Assembly: GCA_030704615.1 (NCBI GenBank)
Contig: CM060731.1
Location: forward strand, 59,458,001 to 59,522,000
Direction: 5' to 3'
DNA from: Takakia lepidozioides
Lineage: Eukaryota; Plantae; Bryophyta
Length of the DNA: 64,000 nucleotides
The translations under genes were made by a program, and so were the position numbers. Numbering within the stretch: the first letter of the stretch is position 1; each line of letters begins with the position of its first letter. This document shows, piece by piece, positions 23,722-34,900 of this stretch. The notes beneath the pieces were generated by a model. That model saw only the letters and a program-made list of their open reading frames with translations. It did not search any database and had not been told where the DNA came from.

Positions 23722-23944
23722 GAGTAGACCCGTCAGAACGCTCGCCGCCCATCACCACCAGCGGAATGAGCGGGTGGGACGTTCATCGAGCCGAGGGCTC
23801 CGGCCAAGGCCGGAGTATCCCGGCGGCAGTCGCGCTCAGGGCGGCGAGCCACGGCTCATCGTCCGGGCTGTGAGTCTTGTCTGAGACGGAACTCTCAGAT
23901 CGAATGTACGCACTATAGAACAGATCCTGTTCAAGTATAGTCGT
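23722..23944 (-). ncRNA. U3: U3 snoRNA
   Basis: Minus strand starts ACGACTATACTTGAACAGGATCTGTTCTATAG (plant U3 boxes A'/A). Box C' GACGATGA, box B GAGCGCGA, box C CGATGA and box D CTGA follow with a terminal stem, ~220 nt, ending in a T7 run. Confidence 0.93.
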
Positions 23945-23966
23945 AACAGACAGAGGTCTGTTGGTG

Positions 23967-24008
23967 TATATATACTTGCGCTGACTTTCCGTGCAAACGA
24001 TATGGGAC
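23967..24008 (-). promoter_or_regulatory. Plant snRNA promoter: USE + TATA with Pol III spacing
   Basis: USE GTCCCATATCG (23998-24008; consensus RTCCCACATCG) lies 23 bp from TATATATA (23967-23974). Confidence 0.88.
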
Positions 24009-25029
24009 TAAACTTTCTAGGATGTATTTCACCAAGCTTGAATAGGCCCCACTTTAGCCCGTGTTTCTGTGAGTCCCCTCCCTCACCTCGTCTCGTCGTG
24101 CTGGTCACCATGACGGGTAGCAGTGTTGGTGAGAGAGCATCCGATGGAGGACGCTGCTCGGGGGTTGCAGTGGTACTATACATTGTTGGTGCTGGAAGGA
24201 TGGAGCTGAAATCAACTCATCGAGTTCTCACAATGTTTAGAGATGGTGATTGCAGTTCAGTACTGATCCAGCAAACTGAGCTTCTGCTGGGACAGGCCAA
24301 TCCACCCGCAAAGCCTCCCTGTCCATTCTGTCATGTCTAATTCCCAATGTAAGTATAACCTGTTGATCTCTGTTATTTTGCTATGGAAAGCATCGATTGG
24401 TCTCGTTATCTGTTGCAAGAATACCACATATAACACTACAATAGTATCATTGTCGCTGAAATACACTTTCAACCTTGAGTAATGAAAGACTTTATCCAGG
24501 TGGGAGGCCTCTTCAATGACCTTCCAGGCCTTGTTCTGACCGTGGGTCCATTTTGCTGTACCTTTTGAGCTCTGCGCCAAATCACAGCATCCTCTCGCTC
24601 AGATCCTTGTCACCATGCCAAGACAGGGCTGCAGTTCTTTTCTGTTCTCTGTACCTTGAGATCTTGAGGCGTCCCATCGATGTACCAAACCTTATCTTCT
24701 GCGGTTCTTTATTCTCAATCTCCTTTTTCCGAGAAAGGTCCGAGTTGTAGGCATGTTGTCCATCATCAATCAGTACATCAAACTAGATTGTTCTTTGGTT
24801 GTGCACAAGCGGTTGGTGGCACCAAGGTAATACGTTTTCTGCCAATCGAAAGGGGAAATAGTTTTGCGCTAAAACTCTTGATGTGGGGGGCCTTGCATAC
24901 ACTTGTTGATAGAAGAAGTTTGGAAGTGAGCCAGATATCAGTCAAAGGAACAATCTTGTGAGCACCTTTGTCAAGTGTGGACAACACAAAGTACTGGCAA
25001 AACACTCTAATGGAAAGTGGTCTCATGAA

Positions 25030-26220
25030 ATGCTATAATTGCAGGATATGCACAGCAAGGGCTTGGGGTAGAGGCGTTGGCAAATTTAACAAACAGCCCT
25101 GAGGCCAAACAATGTAATCATCATCATCCTCCAGATGTTCATGTGCAGGTTGACCTTGTCAGCATCTATGTCAAGTGGGTCAGATTATTGCAGTGTATCG
25201 CAAGATATCTATCTTCTGGTGGGCACTTGTTGCAGGATATGCTCACCAAGGGCATGTTGAAGAGCCATGCAAGTACTTCCGGGAGCAGGTATGAAGCCCA
25301 ACAAGTACACATTTATTAGTCTCCTAAGGACATGCAGAAATCAAGCAGCTGTGAAACACGGCAAAAGAATCCATGCCCAGATAATTGAAGCTGGATTTGA
25401 GTCAGATATCCTTGTGGGGAATGCACTCATCAGCATGTACGCAAAGTGTGGGAGTGTGGTGACCTCCCGCCAAGTGTTTGACCAACTGCCTCAACGAGAT
25501 GTGGTCTCATGGACTGCAATGATTGGAGGATATGCTCAACAAGGGCTTGGTCAAGATGCATTTGAACTCTTTTGGAAAGTGCAGCAAGAACATGTGATGC
25601 CAAACAGGGTCACCTTTTGTAGTATCCTCAAGGCATGCGCAGCAATGGAACAGGGCAAGCAGGTCCATGCATACGTCAGACAAGCAGGATAGGAGTCAGA
25701 TTTTCTTGTGGGAATTGCCATCGTCAGCATGTATGCCAGGTGTGGGAGCAGGGTGGATGCACCTCGAGCGTTTGAAAAAATACCTGGAAAGAATGCGGTC
25801 TCGTGGAATGCAATGATCGCAGGATGTGCTTACCAAGGGCATCATGTAGAAGCATTTGAACTATTTACAAATATGAAACAAGTTGGCATGAAGCTAAGTG
25901 AGATCACATTCCTGAGCATCCTCAACACCTGAACTAGCCCCTCAGTGGTGGTGCAGAGCAAGCAGATCCATGCTCACATAATGGAGTTGGAAAGATTGAT
26001 CAGGCTGATGAAGGAGGCCGAATATGTGCCTGACACGTCCATTGTGTTACATGATATGGATCAGCAGAAAAAGCTATGGTCTGTCTGCCACCACAGTGAA
26101 AAGCTGGCCAGTGCCACCAGGTTCATCTCCAAGATTGTTGGACGAGAAAAAATCATAAGGGATGCCAATCGCTTTCATCAGTTCAAGAATGGGGTATGTT
26201 CTTGTGGGGATTACTGGTGA
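25030..26220 (+). pseudogene. Divergent PLS-PPR-DYW pseudogene
   Basis: PLS motifs (GNALISMYAKCGS, VVSWTAMIGGY) with in-frame stops at 25690 and 25930; E region and CxxC deleted; HSEKLA..CSCGDYW remains. Confidence 0.88.
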
Positions 26221-26494
26221 TGCTAAATGAGGCTTTTTGCTGGGCATGATATGATGTTCTTGTGTGAATAATGAAGTATTTGCCTCAGAATCCTTAGGCT
26301 CTGAATCAAGCCCAGGCTGGTTCAGGTTGAGAGTTTCAGAAGTGGAAGCACAGAAGAAGCTTGTTACAAGAGATTAATCGTTCAGACTATGTTTCCAGTT
26401 ACAAACCATTTTAAATACGTAGAGACGGCAGGAATCAGGCCAGGCAAATGGGGATGATGCGAAATGCCAAGATCTTGGTGTGAGGCACTAATTA

Positions 26495-27510
26495 TGCAGG
26501 CTCATGTTTCAGTCGAATCAGGACAGGCGCTTTCAAGAGTGGTAATTGACTGAGATTGCTCATTTTGGAGCACCTACTGGTTTGGCTATCACCTCTAACC
26601 AACTATGCTGTGGCAATGGCCCGGAACAGTGGCGGCACTCAAAAGATGTTGTCCCTACACTAACTTCTCTCTGAGATCTTTGGCATGTACGGTTTTGATC
26701 TTCCTCCTGTATGATACTGATCTGAGGGCAGATCTTTTAATCCGAAGTTGGCAGCATTTGTCCAAAAATGTTTTCTGAGTGTCTGAATCTCACGGCATAG
26801 CACTAGTTTATCATCTTTCCACATTCCAATCATGAATCTGCTCAGCTCCACCTTTGGCAATGACATCTCTCTTGAACTAGCAACCTCTGGCAATAAAGCA
26901 AATGCACTTACGAGGGAGAGGAAAGAAAGAACCTCTATGACATCCTTGGAAAGCTCAAAGGATACAAGGAAGAATGTGGGGCTCCCCACAAGCAGCTCAA
27001 AAATAGCTAATCAACGTACGCAATTCTCAAAGGTGAAAAGTTTCAGATGCAGTCATACTGCAAACATTTCTGGTAGTCAGTGAAAGACCCAAAGTGAGGA
27101 ACGAGATATTTATCACGTCTGTGGGATTCCTAGAGGGCCAAAAGGAGTAGAACAACAAACAAAGAATCACAGAAGGCTAATGTAGCCCACGGAGAGCCAT
27201 AGAACTACCCAAGGCTAATATCAGTTCACTATGCACTGCTAAAGTTCGCTATGAAAGACTCTCGAGGGCAACCTCGCCAAAACCCTCTGGGAGAGTGGGG
27301 TCTATCTACCCTCTAGGATACGGAACCAACCCCAGAGAGCCTGTTTACAGCTGATGGCAATCCAGTCACAGATAATTGAGTTTGGTTTAAGACAGCAATG
27401 TTGAGTCTGACACTGTAGCTCCATATTCAACAATAAGTACCAATGTAAGTAGCCATGATTTAGCCCATCACATGGTCCTTTAAAACAGACAATGAGAATG
27501 TACTCATGAC
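26495..27510 (+). repeat. Second partial duplicate of the CBS gene locus (3' flank plus intron 4)
   Basis: 26495-26760 matches ~31270-31530 and 26815-27510 matches ~32570-33440, both direct. Confidence 0.85.
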
Positions 27511-27593
27511 TGCTGAATGTACACAATCCCTGATTTTGGAAATGTTAGGGGAGAGAGAAGACGTAGACTGCGTCGGGAGCTTCTGACTTGTCG

Positions 27594-30253
27594 ATGGACT
27601 GCTGCGGAGCAAGCGCAGGTGGGCGTATGCAAATGCAAGTGCAATCTCTGGGCAAGGGTGTCGCCTCACACAAATGCGTGTTACCGCAAATTAACCACAA
27701 ATCTCAATCCTGCGGGCTTCGCTTCCATAACACAAGAGGGCGCCATTGTTGGCAGCGGACGTTGCAGGTACTATTTCTGCTTCTGTATGCGATTTATAAT
27801 GGGGGTGATTGTTCACCGTCTACTGAGCGTTAGGTGAGTTAGGTGCTTCATCGAATTGCCTTACGCTGAAGTGCTCATTCGGGAATTGCGGATTCAAAGT
27901 GCAGGTCAGGTGTGGGAGGGATGCAACAATATGGACTCCACCAATCATCCAGCTAACGCTAGTGGAACCTGCTCCAGTGCACAAATTTGTGAAGGCATTT
28001 GCTCCAGCAACAGTTGCGAACTTAGGGCCGGGCTTCGATTTTTTGGGGTGCGCGGTGGACGGTCTAGGAGACTTGGTCACCGCTGAGGTACTCATGCAGT
28101 CGTTGTTATCCTCTCACCATTCACCTGTGCAGAGTCCACTAATTAAAATAGAATATTTCCCAGAGTTTTCCCATACTTAAGGAATGGTTGTAGCAGTCAA
28201 TTGAAGTGTCCAGCCATCTGTATAATTGTGGTCGTCAGATGATGACATTCTTGTCATCGCTGGGTCCGCGAATCATAACCACTGGCATTGTGTCCTGGTT
28301 AAGATGCCTTTGGGGTTTTAGTTTATGGAGTCTTCTGAAGAGGTGGTTACGAGTCTAATCTGGCAGGACATTGACTTCAAGGATCTCAAACTTTGCAATT
28401 GTATATAAAGACAGGATCACTCCTGGTTGATATGTATCTATCAAAGTTGTGTGAGCCTGGATTGGAGCAGCCCACTCAAATCTCTTCTCTGCCCATCGAT
28501 GTGAGGTAGCTGTTTTCTTCCCACTTCATATCGGTGTAATCAGTCTAAAATAAAGATGCTAACAACCATTTCTGAGAAATTGTCAGGGAAACAAACGGCT
28601 GACGATATAAACCTTCAAAATGACCCTCAAGACATACGTTTACAGAAGGACATCAATGATGAGTCTGCATGTATCCTTTATGGGTGGGCAATTGACCAGG
28701 GTATTGAGAGTTCTATTACTTGTGGAATGGAATCGTACAGGTGAACGAAAATGTGCCACCTGGCAAGATCCTAATTGAGTCCATTACTGGGGATGGAGGG
28801 CGACTCAGCTGTGTCTCAGGAGACAACTGTGCTGGCATTGCAGGCAAAGCCACCTTGGAGTTGCTGGGTGTGCACTCTGTGGGCATCTCACTCACTCTTC
28901 ACAAGGGCTTGCCTCTTGGAAGTGGGCTAGGCTCAAGTGCAGCTAGTGCTGCAGCAGCGGCAGCTGCAGTAAACCCTCCTCCTTTCTGACTTGGTTTGCA
29001 CATTGAAGATGTTCCTGTCGTCTTTGACCTTCTGTAGTCTTTTGGAATTATGGGGCAATCTGGGATAGGAAGACCTCCATGAAATCCTCATAAAACAAAG
29101 TAACTGTTTGTTTATCCTGTATCTTGTTACTCTCTCCCTTCAGGTGAATGGGGTGTTTGGAAGCCCTCTAAGCAAGGCACAGCTCGTGCAAGCAGGCCTT
29201 GAATCAGAGGCTACTGTCAGTGGGTACCATGCAGACAACATTGCACCCTCACTTATGGGTGGATTTGTACTAGTACGGAGCTACAGCCCCCTCCATCTCA
29301 TCCCCCTGGCATTCCCAGAAGAGAAGGCGCTTTACTTTGTTCTGGTAATTCCTGAGTTCGAGGCGCCCACAAAGGAGATGCGAGCTGTCTTGCCAAAAGA
29401 GGTACAAGATTATTATGAATCACAGGATGAGCAATAAAAACTTCTTTTACATATATATTATGAAGCCTTGACCATGTATTCTTGAGCTATAAAAAGGCCA
29501 TTAAATTTGACAGGGGTTGCTGGTGATGTAGTGGATTGCCGTGTGGCAATATCCTGCGTCAGATTCAAACAACTTAAAAGGGGTGTGGGTTTCATGCAGA
29601 TATCATTGAAGCAGCATATCTCAAACTGTAGCCAGGCATCTGCGTTGGTAACAGCCATTCTCCAGGGTGATGCTTCCCTTCTTGGGGCAGCTCTATGTAA
29701 GTCCTCACTTGAGTAAGTTATCGTGTGAAAGTTTACATGACAATCTCACCCTACCTTTGTCTGAGCATTGCCATGTCTGTCAACTTGTTCTTTTATGCAG
29801 CCTTTTGTATTAGCCTGCTTGTTGTTATAGAAATAATTGTGTTGCCTCTCTTTCCTTGAGGGCATTTTGTCTTGATGTATGTTGTCAATATCCACTGTGT
29901 TGGAGGTGTTCCAAGTGAGCTGTTACTCTCCCCAATGACACTTGTTGCCTACTGTACTAACAGCCTACGCGCCCTGTCCTACTGCAGCATCAGATTCAAT
30001 AGTGGAGCCTCAAAGGGCTCCCCTCATCCCAGGCATGCACTCGGTCATAGCAGCATCTAAGAAGGCGGGGGCTTATGGGTGCACAATAAGTGGGGCAGGC
30101 CCCACAGCTGTGGCTATCACAGACAGTGAACAAATGGGAAGAGAGATTGGAGCAGCTATGGTGGATGCATTCCGTGTTGATGGAAATCTGAAGGCGGTCG
30201 CACATGTCAACAAGCTAGACCAACAAGGCGCTCGCATCATAGGAGTGCACTAA
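27594..30253 (+). CDS. HSK: Homoserine kinase, plastid-targeted; exons 27594-27767, 27905-28087, 28741-28968, 29144-29401, 29600-29696, 29988-30253
   Basis: GHMP motifs APATVANLGPGFDFLG, GLPLGSGLGSSAAS, HADNIAP and ISGAGPT; all junctions GT-AG and in phase; transit-peptide-like N-terminus ending LQ/VRC. Confidence 0.93.
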
Positions 30254-31979
30254 TCACTTTGGTAAGTTCAATGTCTCCACACTCTGTCATGATGCTTCTG
30301 TGAAGTGATTCCGACATTTACTTCAAATTTAGTATCTGTTCTTGGCAGATAGCTTCTATGTGGCAAGTCAATATGCATGGTGATTGAGGTTGCGTTCCCC
30401 TTAGTTGTTGACACAATCACCGGTGCATGCTTGCCAGGCATGGTTGTGGGGCTACCAGGTGCAACCTCCTGTGCAGGCTGCCAGTCATTCAATGGTATTA
30501 GGCATTGCCGTCGCCACTGGAGTTTTCTGCATTGCTGACAACAATGACTTTGCACAGTAGAAGGACGTGGGTCCCTCCAATTTGATGAGTGGAAGATGGA
30601 GAAAAAGTGTCATCATTGAGAAATTCTGATGCTCAAGTACTTAAGACTTAACAGTGGTGGTTGTCCATTGTGGTACAGTCGTTAGCAATATCCATAACAT
30701 CTGCTCTTACCAACATTCCAGCTCCTCTTCAGAAGAGGGATTGAACTAAAGCCTGTCCAAGGCTTTCATGACCATAGGGGACTGTCGAGTATCAGTTGGT
30801 ATCTTTATGTTTTTTCACTTGTGCCATGCAATTAAGCACATGTGAAATGCACGAACAGACAGAGACTTGTAACCAGTCAGAGAGGTGAGTGAAAGAACTG
30901 CATTCACAAACAAAGCCCTATACCTTGTTTTATCCCTAATGAAGCGGAGCTGACCCCGAGATCTGTGTTTTTCTAACAAACTTGAGTGCAGCTTTTGTTC
31001 TCTCTATTGTTAGCAAGGAATATTTAGTCAGTGGTTAGCCCAGGAATTCTGGGGTGAAGGATTTATATCCTTGCAAGTTGGTCCTGTCTCAAAACTAGGT
31101 TGTGCCAGGGATATGGTGCCAACGGCTGAGAGCTTGAGGAAATAGTTTCGGCCAAGAATTTTGTGATTTGACTATTATTTGTGCCCTCTTTCCAAAGAGT
31201 CAATGTCAAGAGCATGGTGTAATTTCGAAAATCGTAAAGAAGGTCAGAGATATTATGTGACTTGTCCCCTATGCAGGCTCATGTTTCAGTCGAATCGGGA
31301 CAGACAGTTTCAAGATGGTCCTTGACTGAGATTGCTCAATTTTGGAACGCCTACTTGTTTGGTTATCGCCTCAAGCCAACCACGCTTTGGCAATGGCCGG
31401 GAACAGGAAAAGCACTCAAAAGATGTTTGTCTCTCCACTAACTTCTATTGCCATCTTTGATATGTAGAGTTTTGAACTTCTCCTGATCTGAGGGCAAACC
31501 TGTTAATCCAAAGGGACAGGACTTGTCCGAATATGTGGGTTGTTGTAGAACTACAAGGTCCATGAGGTCACAGATTATGTAACTCTGGTGGTCATCTGCT
31601 GAAAGTAACACAGTTGGGTCCGTCATGTATCTTATAAGTGGAAAGGATTCAATTCAAAACACACATCTTCCAATTTCCCATAGTTACCAGAACAATTGTA
31701 CTACACACGTTTAAACTTTTAAGCAGAGAGAGGGGAGCCAATCAGGAGATAAAAGGTGGAGTGTCAAGAACATCTGCAGAGACTGCTGTTGTACTCCAGA
31801 TAACTATCTTAAAACTCTACCCAAACTCATGACTCCCTTTGGATCGGAAACATGAAAAAGCCTTGTAAGTTTTCCAAAAATCTTTGACTCCTTGGCTAAA
31901 TCCAGGACAAATGTGTGGAAGAGGCACTAACAAATATCTCAAATCTCTCCATGAATCTTCCAATTCGAGAGCTGCCTCT

Positions 31980-34900
31980 CTAAGAGAATGAGGTCGAGGG
32001 TACTATCCCAGCAAAAAAATCCTCAAAATAGTCCGGAGGCTCCACCACAAATGTGCAAATGATGTCGCCCAAAGTTACAATTCCCTCAAGATTGCCCTCT
32101 GAATCCACCGCATATACTCGGTGCACCTTCGCTTCATCCAGCTTGGAAATGACCTCTGTTAGAGTGTCTGTGGAAGCACATGTGACCGGCTCCCTCAAAA
32201 GGGGTGCATTGACATTACCTTGGTTTCGCAAATATGTTCTGGCTGCATCTAGAAAGTTGATAGCTGTGACGGATCTGCAGAACCCATGAACAAATTTGGA
32301 TATTGAATTAAGGTTGATCTGGATTTCAAGTTAAAGTACCTGCCTATAGGCACTCTCCTGGGCAAATGATTCAGATGGTCAGGAATATTACCTGTAGTCT
32401 TTGAAAATTTCTGGTGTAGAAAGCAAAAACTGCACGTCGCAGGCACTGATATTGCCCAGCAATTTGTGACTTCTCTTTGCAGTCATGGGCACACCACCCA
32501 CACCCTTCTCTCTCATCAGCTGGAAAGCCTCTAGCAATGGTCTATCCTCTTCCACCTGCTTTCCACATTCAACATTCCAATTATGAATCTGCTCAGCTCC
32601 ACCTTCGGCAGTGACATCTCTCCTGAGCTAGCAACCTCTGTGGCAATAAAGCACATGTGCTCATAAGGGAGTGAAAAGAAAGAAATTAAAGGAAAAACCT
32701 TCATGACGTCCATGGAAAGCTCATGATATAACAAGACAAAAGAAAAGGAACGAAACGAAAAGGAACGAAACGAAACGAAACGAAACGAAACGAAACGCAA
32801 CGCAACGCAACGCAACGAAATGAAAACACAGGAGAGAGGAAACAAAACCAGAGCCAAAAATAAAACTAACAAGAAAGATACAGGGCCCTCCACAAGCAGC
32901 CCAAAAATAACTGATCACCTTCAAGAGATTCTCAAAGATGAAGAGTTTCAAATGTAGACAAACGGCCAACATTTCTGGTCCTCATAATAGAAAACCCAGA
33001 GTGAGGAAAAGGATATTCAACACGTCTGTTGGATTCCCAAAGGGGCCAAATGACACAAGTAGGACAACAAAGAAAGAACCACAGAAAGATCATTGTAGCA
33101 CCACAGAAATCAAAGAACTCACAGCTGATATCAGTTCAGTGTTTCCTCCTATTGTTAGCTGTGAAAGACTTTTGAGGGTAACATCCCCACAGAAAACCTC
33201 CTGGAGTGTGGGGTCTGTCTACCCTCCAGGACATGGAACCTACCCCAAAATTGCTTGTTTCCAGCTGATTGGCAATCCAGTCACAGATAATTGAGTTTGG
33301 CTTAAGAGCTCGCATGATACCAAGGTACAAAAGCAATGTTGAGTCTGACACTGCTAGTCCAGCTCCCTATTAGCACAAATGTAGCTGTGATTGTGCCCAT
33401 CACACTGTAACCAAAAAAGACACTGAGAATGTACTCATGAGATCTCGTTGCCGTAGCAAAAAAAGACAATGAGATCAAGTGAAGGAGAGAAATGCCACAC
33501 CTTCACAATTTGGTGAGGTTTCATGAACGGAAGGCCAAGGTCTGCGAGTGAGTGGTTGCCGACGCTGTCAAACCAGCTAAGACCACTGCACTGTGATAGG
33601 AAATGGACCACTGAACTCTGAGTGATGAAATTTGAAATCTGTCCCTCACCGGGCTCCACCAAAGGCAGGCTCTTCATTCGATACTTCGACAGTAGTAGTA
33701 ACAAGGTAAGCAAGGAATCGTCACCCTTCACTGGTAGGAATGGGGCCCATCGAAAAGAGCCTGCTATGTCCTGTACCTGACAGTTGTTCAACAAGTAGTT
33801 GTTTGTGAATTCCGATGAAGAAGCTGCCTCCTTCAAGTGCTATCTCTCTCTCTCTCTCTCGTTCCCAAACATATGTCCCTTCGTGTTCCACTCAAACTGA
33901 GTGCAGGGTCAATGGCCACAAGGCTACGGCAAACAACGTCTTATGAGTACATTCTCTTTCCTAAACAGATTATGTAGCAAGAATGCACAACAAACAATGC
34001 CCGAAGTCCCTGCACAACGACAGGAGTGCCTGGTAAAGGTAATGCACAAAGGATTCCTGAATGCCCCTGTCAGGGATATTCAAGCTCTGAGACAGTAGTA
34101 TCTCCCTCTAACTTCACAATTCACAGGGCAGAGACATTCTAAGAAAATTGTTTGTTTGTTTGCTTTCGACTCACTCAGCTCTGTCCAAAACCACAAGGCT
34201 ATATTGCAAGAATAAGCTTTCAGTTAAATCCTTCGTTTTTTTCTGTGTCTCCATCTGCAAAAATGGTTCTTTAGCTCAGGCGTAATTAAGCACCTGCATG
34301 AGGCACTTTGTCTCTATGAGCTTTCCGCGGACGTTATAAAGCACCATTTCATTTCTCTCAGCATCACACCAGCTTTTTAATTTGGTACGTTCTTGCGGGA
34401 TCTTGTTGTTCTGATGTTTCCCTGAGCCCTCTGGGCCTGACATGGACATAATACTTCATGCCCACATGTTTCTCACCAGTGTGACTGGTGGTGCAACCAC
34501 AGCCATGCATGTTGCAGACTGGAGGGATAGAGGAACAGTGCCAGAATCAACCTCATGCTTTCCTTCATATGTTAGTGAATGTCAACACATAAATAACACT
34601 GCATTGCCTACAGCTGGATTCTCGTCAGATGTTACTGCAAGCAAAATTTCTGTCGCAAACATCCTAACCCTCTTCTGCATCCCTCATTCCCACAAAGAAA
34701 TTCTTTCAATTGTTTTGCTTTCAATTTTTGTAAAGGGAGGATGTCCTGCCAGGTGCAATATATTTTGAAAGCATCAAGAAAGGCTTATTACCAACAAAAG
34801 CAAAGTGATGTGCAGCCTGAACCTTAGCCTGCTTGTAGAAATCCGATGAGGTAAGGGCCTCAAAAAATTCGCCACCCATGGCTCCCACAGCTTCAGGGAC

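Noticed and set aside
26495-26760. Conserved ncRNA present twice (also 31270-31530)
   Set aside because: No snRNA or snoRNA motifs were recognised; the similarity is explained by the local duplication of the CBS gene flank.
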